A DNA stretch of 64,000 nucleotides from Chitinophaga pinensis. Its GTDB lineage: Bacteria > Bacteroidota > Bacteroidia > NS11-12g > UBA955. Positions 52,112-59,675 of the stretch are shown in pieces. How positions within the stretch are numbered: position 1 is the first letter of the stretch; each line of letters starts with the position of its first letter. The position numbers and the translations under genes were made by a program. The stretch lies in assembly GCA_945865625.1 (NCBI GenBank), contig CAMBFD010000001.1:34559-98558 (forward strand), in the 5' to 3' direction. The notes under the pieces are model-generated. The model saw nothing but the letters and a program-made list of their open reading frames with translations. It was not told the origin of the DNA and did not search any database.

Positions 52112-52245
52112 AGGTCAACGAAACTACAAAAAAATCTTTGGGAGAGTCGATTTTTGATTACTCAAAATGGTTTGAGTTATACACAATTCATGTCATTTAT
52201 TAAACAATTGATAATTTATTAACAGATAAATATGTTTTTTGAATC

Positions 52246-52752
52246 ATGGAATCTCAAAAAATCGCCCCAAACAGAGTGGTTAGTTTAAGCTATTCTCTGT
52301 CGTTAACAAACGGACAAATTGCAGACGAAGCTACTGCTGAACAACCACTAGTGTTTATTCACGGTGTTGGTCAAACCTTACCTGAATTCGATGCGCGCAT
52401 AGAAGGACTGAGTGTAGGAGAAGGATTTTCTTTCACTTTAACTGCTGAACAAGGATATGGAGAATCTGACGAACGTTGGATTATCGAATTGCAAAAATCA
52501 ATTTTTGAAGGACCGGATGTGCCTGCAGACATTTTGCAAATAGGAGCACTTTTACCAATGCAAGACCAAGATGGCAATCCAATGGATGGCAAATTAGTTG
52601 AAATTGGCGACGAAACTGTGAAGTTAGACTTCAACCACCCGTTGGCTGGCGAAGCTTTACATTTCACTGGTAAAGTTGAATCTGTAAGAGAAGCAACTTC
52701 CGACGAATTGGACCATGGCCACGTTCATGGTGAAGGCGGGCATCAACATTAA
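52246..52752 (+). CDS. slyD: FKBP-type peptidyl-prolyl isomerase SlyD
   Basis: DFNHPLAG..LHF, REAT..EL.HGHVH His-rich tail. Confidence 0.92.
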   Translation: MESQKIAPNRVVSLSYSLSLTNGQIADEATAEQPLVFIHGVGQTLPEFDARIEGLSVGEGFSFTLTAEQGYGESDERWIIELQKSIFEGPDVPADILQIGALLPMQDQDGNPMDGKLVEIGDETVKLDFNHPLAGEALHFTGKVESVREATSDELDHGHVHGEGGHQH

Positions 52753-52755
52753 GCC

Positions 52756-52859
52756 ATAAACGATTAAACGGTTAAACGGTTAGGAGGATTAGAAGGATTA
52801 AACGGTTAGAAGGATTAGAAGCAATCTAATAATCCTATAATCTTATAATCCTATAATCT
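52756..52859. repeat. bipartite short tandem array: RTTAAACG/RTTAGAAGG units followed by AATCYTAT units
   Basis: attaaacg gttaaacg gttaggagg attagaagg attaaacg gttagaagg attagaagc | aatctaat aatcctat aatcttat aatcctat aatct. The two halves are partly complementary (ggatta/taatcc). Confidence 0.9.
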
Positions 52860-52865
52860 GTCCAA

Positions 52866-55800
52866 TTAAATTCTTGGATCTAATTGGATTCCCAACTTTT
52901 CCATCTGAGTCACCTCAATGTTAAATACCCCGAAGTCTGCGGTGATTTGTCCCCAAATGCGATAAACACCGCGGCCTTTGAAAGGGTAGCGCGATACAAT
53001 CTGTGGGAAGTGAATGCTATCAAAGAAATATCCATCGCGGTCTACCCATGTTCCAAAGTTCATTTCCTTGCCCCCAATTGTCTTTGTGGGCTTTACCGTG
53101 ACCAAATATCCCTCAAGCATCACCGATTTGTGAAGCAGTTTGCCCAAATCTCTCGCCCTTAACTTGGATCCTTCATCGGGCTCACTGGTTAGGGTAAACG
53201 GACTGCAAAGTGGAAACCCCAAGAATTCCCTTTGATCTATGGCAATTTCTAACCACGAGTCTTCTAATGGCGGTAATTCGTATGTTTTCGGTTGTTCTGT
53301 GAACAATTTTGCGGAAATTATTTCCTGTTTTTTTTGCGAATAATACGAATGTGCCTCCCATAAAAGTGCCCGTCTCGACTTTTCTGTGTATCTGAATGCC
53401 CCAATTTGGATTAAGATTTTTAACTGCTCTAAGCCAGGTTCTACCCGTGTTTTGAAATCATATAAACTTTCAAATGCACCTTCTTTTTGCGCCGCGAAAA
53501 TTCTTTCTGCACACCTTTGCTCTAGTCCTTGTATGAGTCCCAACCCCAGCCAAATCGTTTTCCCCTCAATTTTTGTGAGAAATTTGCTGTGGTTTGCACA
53601 AGGTGCTTGCACGTCGGCGCCGCACATTCGGGCAGCGTGAACATAAAATTCGGTGCGGTAAAAACCTCCGAAATTGTTAATCACCGCCACGTAAAATTCG
53701 AGCGGATAATAGGCTTTCAAATGCAAACTCTGGTAACTCTCCACCGCGTAACTCGCACTATGTCCCTTCGCAAAACTATATCCTGCAAAACTTTCAATTT
53801 GCTTCCACACTTCAACAATGAGTTGGTGTGAATGTCCCTTCTCCCTGGCTTTTTCATAAAATTGTTGCTGAACTTTCAGAAATTCTGCCTTGCTCCTAAA
53901 TTTCCCGCTCATGCCACGTCTTAAAACATCGCTTTCAGCAAGTCCTAAGCCCGCAAAATGATGGGCCACGCGAATCACATCTTCCTGATACACCATGATT
54001 CCATACGTTTCGGGCATAATTTCTTGTAAAATTGGGTGGGCTTCCGTGCGCTTCCTTACATCGATATGCCTTTCAATGAATGTTCGCATCATGCCACTTC
54101 TGGCAACCCCCGGACGTATCACACTGCTGGCCGCCACCAACGTGAGGTAGTCTCGGCATTTGAGTTTTCGCAACAATTGTCGCATGGCAGGACTTTCTAC
54201 ATAAAAGCAGCCCATGGTAAATCCAGTTTCAATAATTCTGGCAATTTTTGGGTCGTTTTTAAACGTTTGAATTTGGTGTGGATCTACATCAATGCCTTGA
54301 TTTTCTTTGATATAGATTACGGCATCTTTGATGTGCCCAAGTCCTCGTTGACTTAAAATATCGAACTTTGCAAGTCCTAAATCTTCAGCTTCAAGCATGC
54401 TAAATTGCACGGTGGGGAATCCTTTTGGAGGCATTTCCAACGCCGAATAATGGTAGATGCTTTTTTCGGAAATGAGAATTCCCCCCACATGAATGCTCCG
54501 ATAATTTGGCAGATTGTGAATTTTTCGGGCATGTTTTAACAAAGTTGCATACAGCGACTCTTTGCTTTCGAGAGTATTTTCTGAATTTGCAGCGGTTTTG
54601 GGCTTCCATTCTCTATTTCTAAGTCCAATTCCCGGAGTGCTATAGATAGAATCGCTGTTGGTTGAAAATTCCTCAAAGTTGGCATCTCCATAATAGGTTG
54701 GCCGTTCGAGTAAATTGTCGATTTCGGCCTTTGGTAAGCCATACACTTTGCCGAGTTCTCTCACCACGGCATTGCTCTGAAAGGTGTTGTAAGTGCCAAC
54801 CAATGCAGCATGGTGCGGGCCGTATTTCTCCATGATGTAAGCGGTAACCTGATCGCGGTCTTGCCATGAAAAATCGAGGTCGAAGTCGGGCGGACTACTT
54901 CTGTAAGGATTGATAAACCGTTCGAAATACAAATCGAGGTCAATGGGGTCAACATCGGTAATTTTCAGGCAATAGGCCACCATGCTATTGGCGCCGCTCC
55001 CTCGTCCTACATGAAAAAATCTTTGCTCTTCGGCAAATCGGCAAATGTCCCAGTTGATTAAAAAATAAGATGTAAATCCCAGTTCATAAATGAGTTGCAT
55101 TTCTTTTTCTAGGCGCTTCGTGGTTTCGTAGGTGTAATTTGGATAGCGGTATTTAAGTCCCTCAAAAGCCAACTCCCTTAACATTCTATAGTCTTGGTCG
55201 ACATTTTGTGTAAACGTTTTTTTATTCTGAGGGACATTGAAGTCGAAGCTCCAATGTGGTTGATTGACAATCGATTGTGCGTTTTGTAATAGTATGGGAG
55301 TGTCTAAAAACTCATTGACAATGCTGGCAATGTCTTCAAATAGATCGTATTTAGAGGCGGTGCAATTGGGTTTAAGTTTTGTGAGGAGGCAATTGTGTTG
55401 GATGCAACGCAAGAGGGTGTGGGTGTGGAGGTCGTCGATATTTCTGAGGGTGGCTTTGTGGTATGCAATGAGTCGCTTTGCCGAATTTTTCCACGGCGAC
55501 AATCTGAGTTTCCTCAATTGTTGTTTTGTGATGCCAATGAGGGCATGTGAAGGGATGTCTTTGTGCGAGAGTCCAATGACCTTATGGAAGGGGTAGATGC
55601 AGGTTACGTGTTCGAGTTTTGGCGCCAAAATGGGGAAGGGGAGGTTTTGCATCAAAAATTCTGATAAAAACTGGTTGATATTGGCAAATCCGGCATGCGA
55701 ATTTGCAATGAGAAGGTAGAGGGATTCGTCGTTATTTTTAATTTCCACGCCAACTAGCGGAACAACATTTGGATATTTTTTGGCTTCTTTTAGAAAGTTG

Positions 55801-55949
55801 GTGGCACCGCTGACATTGTTGATATCGGCTAGCAGGATATGCACGGTTTCATTGAGGGTATCAGCCTGGTTTTTTGCCCAAAGAACAATATCCTCGGGGC
55901 TAAGTAATCCGTACCGTAAGCTAAAGTAAGAGTGTGCATGAAAAACCAT
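52866..55949 (-). CDS. dnaE2: DNA polymerase III alpha subunit, secondary/error-prone DnaE type
   Basis: PHP HAHSYFS, GRGSGA, LYFERF, PPDFDLDF, KFDIL, VYQED, FAGYSFAKGH, INNFGGFY, OB fold; 1027 aa, lacking the long replicative C-terminus. Confidence 0.85.
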   Translation of the reverse strand: MVFHAHSYFSLRYGLLSPEDIVLWAKNQADTLNETVHILLADINNVSGATNFLKEAKKYPNVVPLVGVEIKNNDESLYLLIANSHAGFANINQFLSEFLMQNLPFPILAPKLEHVTCIYPFHKVIGLSHKDIPSHALIGITKQQLRKLRLSPWKNSAKRLIAYHKATLRNIDDLHTHTLLRCIQHNCLLTKLKPNCTASKYDLFEDIASIVNEFLDTPILLQNAQSIVNQPHWSFDFNVPQNKKTFTQNVDQDYRMLRELAFEGLKYRYPNYTYETTKRLEKEMQLIYELGFTSYFLINWDICRFAEEQRFFHVGRGSGANSMVAYCLKITDVDPIDLDLYFERFINPYRSSPPDFDLDFSWQDRDQVTAYIMEKYGPHHAALVGTYNTFQSNAVVRELGKVYGLPKAEIDNLLERPTYYGDANFEEFSTNSDSIYSTPGIGLRNREWKPKTAANSENTLESKESLYATLLKHARKIHNLPNYRSIHVGGILISEKSIYHYSALEMPPKGFPTVQFSMLEAEDLGLAKFDILSQRGLGHIKDAVIYIKENQGIDVDPHQIQTFKNDPKIARIIETGFTMGCFYVESPAMRQLLRKLKCRDYLTLVAASSVIRPGVARSGMMRTFIERHIDVRKRTEAHPILQEIMPETYGIMVYQEDVIRVAHHFAGLGLAESDVLRRGMSGKFRSKAEFLKVQQQFYEKAREKGHSHQLIVEVWKQIESFAGYSFAKGHSASYAVESYQSLHLKAYYPLEFYVAVINNFGGFYRTEFYVHAARMCGADVQAPCANHSKFLTKIEGKTIWLGLGLIQGLEQRCAERIFAAQKEGAFESLYDFKTRVEPGLEQLKILIQIGAFRYTEKSRRALLWEAHSYYSQKKQEIISAKLFTEQPKTYELPPLEDSWLEIAIDQREFLGFPLCSPFTLTSEPDEGSKLRARDLGKLLHKSVMLEGYLVTVKPTKTIGGKEMNFGTWVDRDGYFFDSIHFPQIVSRYPFKGRGVYRIWGQITADFGVFNIEVTQMEKLGIQLDPRI

Positions 55950-55962
55950 TTTGATAATATTA

Positions 55963-55980
55963 TTGACAATTAATTGGCAA
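55963..55980. promoter_or_regulatory. near-perfect palindrome, candidate operator upstream of dnaE2
   Basis: TTGACAATTAATTGGCAA, one mismatched pair, 13 nt upstream of the ATG. Confidence 0.5.
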
Positions 55981-56004
55981 CAATATACGCAAAAAATCCA
56001 AAAT

Positions 56005-56117
56005 GGTTAGAAAGATTAGAAAGATTAGAAGATCAAAAATCCAATACGCCTATAAACTTATAAACCAATAAGCCAGTAGGCTGAAGTAATTAAGTATTAA
56101 ACATTAAATTTGCTCAA
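56005..56117. repeat. intergenic tandem arrays (GRTTAGAAA x3; CYTATAAA units; reverse-complement heptamers)
   Basis: ggttagaaa gattagaaa gattagaag ... cctataaa cttataaa ccaataa ... aattaag tattaaa cattaaa. Confidence 0.8.
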
Positions 56118-56124
56118 GCATTGG

Positions 56125-56481
56125 ATGAAAAATAACATTGTGTTTTTTGATGGGGTGTGTAATCTCTGTAACGGTTGGGTTAAGTTTCTAAAGAAATATG
56201 ATCGGAAAAAGCGATTTGAAATGCACTCTCTTCAATCGCAAATGGCCACTAGTTTGATACCCCCACAATATCTTTCCGCACAACCAGAGTCTATCATTTA
56301 TCTCCGAAATGGTAAAATCTTCACAAAATCCCTCGCAGTTTGCTTTATTTTTAAAGATCTTCCCTTGCCATTTTCTCTACTCTATGCCTTAAGAATCATC
56401 CCTCCATTCATCAGAGATTCTGTGTATAAATGGGTTGCAAAAAATAGGTATCGGTGGTTTGGGAAATGCGATATTCTTTGA
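56125..56481 (+). CDS. DCC1-like thiol-disulfide oxidoreductase family protein (YuxK/DUF393)
   Basis: FFDGVCNLCNG DxxCxxC, RD.VY.WVAKNRYRWFG. TAAATTTG at 56105-56112 supports ATG 56125. Confidence 0.9.
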   Translation: MKNNIVFFDGVCNLCNGWVKFLKKYDRKKRFEMHSLQSQMATSLIPPQYLSAQPESIIYLRNGKIFTKSLAVCFIFKDLPLPFSLLYALRIIPPFIRDSVYKWVAKNRYRWFGKCDIL

Positions 56482-56575
56482 GAAATTTAATGCTTAAAGT
56501 TTAGTGCTTAATGTTGGTTCAAAGTTTAATATAAACCGTCCACTAATCCCTCTAACCATTCTAACCCCCTAATCC
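56478..56575. repeat. intergenic tandem arrays (heptamers, then CTAAYC 9-mers)
   Basis: tttaatg cttaaag tttagtg cttaatg ... ttcaaag tttaata; ctaatccct ctaaccatt ctaacccc ctaatcc. Confidence 0.8.
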
Positions 56576-57843
56576 TTTTTTACCTTATCGCCATTGTTCA
56601 AGGTTTTTGCAATGGCCATTGCAGGTTCAGAAATGACTTCATCTCCCAGTTTAAGTCCCTCAAGAACTTCAAAGTAATCTATATCTTGAATGCCCGTTTT
56701 TACCTTAACTGCCTTTGCATTACCGTTGATGTTTAAGAAAACCCAAGTGCTAATGGTTGTCTCTTTTTTCTGCGGTTTGTCGCCATCTTTTTGAATCTCT
56801 GGGTTTCTGGTGGTTAACGATGAAATGGGAATCGACAATACATTTGTTTTTGTAACCGATTTGATGTCAACCGACGCCGTCATTCCTGGAAAAAATGCCT
56901 GGGTTGATTTTGCAGTGATTAGGTCTCTATAACTGCTTTGTAGCAATCTCACTTTCACAGTATAATTTGTGACTTGTTCATTCATGTTGGTGGCCACATT
57001 GAATTTTGCAGAATTTGCAATTTCTGTGACAATTCCTTTGAAAACCCTGTCGGTGTACGCATCAACTTTAATGTCGGCACTATCGCCTTTATGCACCCTA
57101 ACGATATCATTTTCATTGATATTCACCTGAACTTCCATGATGTTTAAATTGCTGATGCGCATGATTTCTGTTCCGGCCATTTGCGCAGTTCCCACCACCC
57201 GTTCTCCCTTTTCGCTATTGAGTTGGGTTACAATTCCAGATGCTGGAGCATATATGCTGGTTCTACCGAGGTTTTTTGATCCTTCTTCGACCCTGGCCAT
57301 TAAACTTTTTACATTGAATTGGGCCGATAATATATTTTTTGAGGCAATGGTGTAATCAGCTTGACTGTTTTCGAATTGCAATCGTGCGTTTTCGAATTCT
57401 TGATCGCTAATTACTTTTTGCTCGTGAAGTTGCTTTTGGCGTTTGAAATTAATTTCAGATTGCGCCAATGCCATCTTCGCCTTTATTTGCTGTGCTTCTG
57501 ATCCTGCCAACCCCGCTTTTGCATTGTCTAAATTGGCCTTGAGCTGACTCATGGTGGTTTGGTATAACTCTGGATTGATCCGCAATAAAAGTTGTCCTTT
57601 TGTAACACTATCTCCTTCTTTGACAAACATTTCGGTGATTTCTCCAGAGACGTCGGGACTAATTTTCACTTCGAATTCTGGTTGGATTTTGCCGGTAACA
57701 CTCACCACTTCGGTAATGGTGCGCGCTGTGACTTTTTCGGTAGACACTTCAACAGGTTTTTGACCGCCGGTGACAACTTTTACTATGATAAAAATAACAA
57801 CTATAGCGGCAATGCTTATCCAAATGGTTTTTTTCTTGTTCAT
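56569..57843 (-). CDS. efflux periplasmic adaptor (MFP, MacA/HlyD-like)
   Basis: N-terminal TM, VSGEI..VKEGD.V.KGQLL lipoyl half, coiled-coil hairpin, IYAPASG, PGMTA. Confidence 0.9.
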   Translation of the reverse strand: MNKKKTIWISIAAIVVIFIIVKVVTGGQKPVEVSTEKVTARTITEVVSVTGKIQPEFEVKISPDVSGEITEMFVKEGDSVTKGQLLLRINPELYQTTMSQLKANLDNAKAGLAGSEAQQIKAKMALAQSEINFKRQKQLHEQKVISDQEFENARLQFENSQADYTIASKNILSAQFNVKSLMARVEEGSKNLGRTSIYAPASGIVTQLNSEKGERVVGTAQMAGTEIMRISNLNIMEVQVNINENDIVRVHKGDSADIKVDAYTDRVFKGIVTEIANSAKFNVATNMNEQVTNYTVKVRLLQSSYRDLITAKSTQAFFPGMTASVDIKSVTKTNVLSIPISSLTTRNPEIQKDGDKPQKKETTISTWVFLNINGNAKAVKVKTGIQDIDYFEVLEGLKLGDEVISEPAMAIAKTLNNGDKVKKD

Positions 57844-57845
57844 GT

Positions 57846-59273
57846 TTAATTTGATAGTGAGGAGAGTTGGTTGTTGTAAAAATAATCGAGAACTAATTTT
57901 CGGAATACAAATTCATATTTTGCAGAGATGAGATTTTGGTAGGCAGAATTTTCTGCATTTTCCGCGGTTTGAATTTCAAATTGGGAGGCTTGAGCATTTG
58001 CAAAACGAATTTTTACAAACTCGGTATTCTTGCGCTGCGCTTCATATGTTTCTTTCAGAGCGAAATATTTATCTGCACTGTTTTCAAAACTAATATAGGC
58101 ATTGCTAACATCATTTCTGACAGCCATATAGCTTTTTTCTAATGCTATTTGACTTTGAATGATGCCTATATTTGCCTTATTGATTTGAGTTTGAGTTTGC
58201 AACTTCCCATAAATGGGCACAGAAAGTGTGGCCCCAAAACTTTGTCCGAAGTTGTCTTTGATCTGCTTGCTAAATTCTATGGTTTGGGTGGTGTATTCAA
58301 ATTTAGGCGCTTCAACAATTTCTAAATTGCTTTTTACATATCCAATGGGTTGACTGCCAACAATTGAAAAACCTGTAATTGTTTTTGCATTTCCTGAGTA
58401 AACCGAATTTAAATTTCCGCCCAGCGAGAGTGTTGGCAACAAGGCTCCTTTTGCAATTTTAGAGGTGAAGATGGCCGATTCTTGACGTGCTTTTGCAGCC
58501 GCAACTTCTGGTCGGCGTGCAGTGGCGCTATCTATAAGCGATTGAATATCAATTGGGTATTTGTTTTTCTGAGGGACATCGAAGGCGGCGACTTCAAGTT
58601 CGAATTCTGATTTCGGATCCAATTGGATCAAATTTTTCAAATTGAGATAGGCCGATTTTTTTGCGTTTTCTGCTTGAGTGAGATTTGAAATTTGATTCAA
58701 ATATTGCGCTTTTGCCGACCATAGTGCACCTTCGTTGGTGGCACCAGCTTTGAGCAGTTTTTCCAAACGATCCAATTCAAGTTTTCCATTTAAAGCAATG
58801 GATTTTGCCGCTTGCACTTGCTCATTTGTTTGCAAACATTGTAAATATGCGAGGGCCACACTGAGTGCAATGTTTTGTTTTGCTTGTTCTAAATCTAAAT
58901 GACTCGCTTGTTTGTCGAATCTTAACTTTTGAATGTTGTTTCTCAGTTGTCCACCCGCAAAAAGCGTCCAATTGGCTTGTAACTGAAAATTGTTACTTCC
59001 AATGGTTGTTTGAACGTATTGGTTTGTAAAACGATCGATACTTCTACCACTTTGGAAATATTGACCTGCAGCACCTGAGATTTCAGGAGAGAGGTTGTAT
59101 TTACTTTGTTGGTAATCGATGTTGGCAAGCGATTCTGAAATTGCGGCAAGTTGAACATCGAAATTTTTTGTAAATGCCAGTTGAATACATTTTTCTAGGG
59201 TGATCTTTTCAACACTTTGTGCTGAGAGATTTGCCAAAATCCCTCCAAAAAACAAGATCGTTATCCATCGCAT
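57846..59273 (-). CDS. TolC family outer-membrane efflux protein
   Basis: TLEKCIQLA..N, duplicated OEP pattern, RPEV, LSVPIY. TATATTTG at 59279-59286 supports ATG 59273. Confidence 0.88.
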   Translation of the reverse strand: MRWITILFFGGILANLSAQSVEKITLEKCIQLAFTKNFDVQLAAISESLANIDYQQSKYNLSPEISGAAGQYFQSGRSIDRFTNQYVQTTIGSNNFQLQANWTLFAGGQLRNNIQKLRFDKQASHLDLEQAKQNIALSVALAYLQCLQTNEQVQAAKSIALNGKLELDRLEKLLKAGATNEGALWSAKAQYLNQISNLTQAENAKKSAYLNLKNLIQLDPKSEFELEVAAFDVPQKNKYPIDIQSLIDSATARRPEVAAAKARQESAIFTSKIAKGALLPTLSLGGNLNSVYSGNAKTITGFSIVGSQPIGYVKSNLEIVEAPKFEYTTQTIEFSKQIKDNFGQSFGATLSVPIYGKLQTQTQINKANIGIIQSQIALEKSYMAVRNDVSNAYISFENSADKYFALKETYEAQRKNTEFVKIRFANAQASQFEIQTAENAENSAYQNLISAKYEFVFRKLVLDYFYNNQLSSLSN

Positions 59274-59388
59274 AAATACAAATATAGGGGAGTATTTTGG
59301 CAAGTTTAATGATTGTCGATAGACCTCTATGATTATCGATGAATTCATTTTGTGGAAAACATGTCAGTTGCAATGTTAAACAATAATT

Positions 59389-59396
59389 TATTTTTG
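59389..59396 (+). promoter_or_regulatory. Bacteroidota -7 promoter element (TATTTTTG) for the riboswitch-btuB transcript
   Basis: Exact TAnnTTTG immediately before the riboswitch; TTG about 18 nt upstream. Confidence 0.6.
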
Positions 59397-59404
59397 TATC
59401 GGTG

Positions 59405-59578
59405 TTTAGGTTTTCGAAGGGTAATGGCTTACTCTAAGAAATGAAAAGGGAACATCGGTGTAAGACCGAGACTGTACCCGCAGCTGTAACCCCCATCTGA
59501 AAAGATGTAATTTTAGGCTTCTATGCCACTGTGTAAACGGGAAGGCGCCTAAAATGGGGAAGTCAGAAGACCTGCCTA
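59405..59578 (+). ncRNA. cobalamin (B12) riboswitch
   Basis: Signature blocks AGGTT...AAAAGGGAA, CGGTG-TAAGA-CCG, ACTGTACCCGCAGCTGT, GCCACTG..GGGAAGG and B12 box AAGTCAGAAGACCTGCC; lies upstream of a TonB-dependent receptor. Confidence 0.93.
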
Positions 59579-59675
59579 CGGCATCACAAAAACTCGCTTT
59601 CGGGAATAAAAGCGCGGTGGTGATTTGCTCGTGGGCAATTTATCTCCCTTTTATTTGCGTTGGCGATACCCAATT

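Noticed and set aside
52866..55949. Intein in DnaE, or prophage/IS origin of the gene
   Set aside because: No intein termini, and no integrase, transposase or phage gene in the window.
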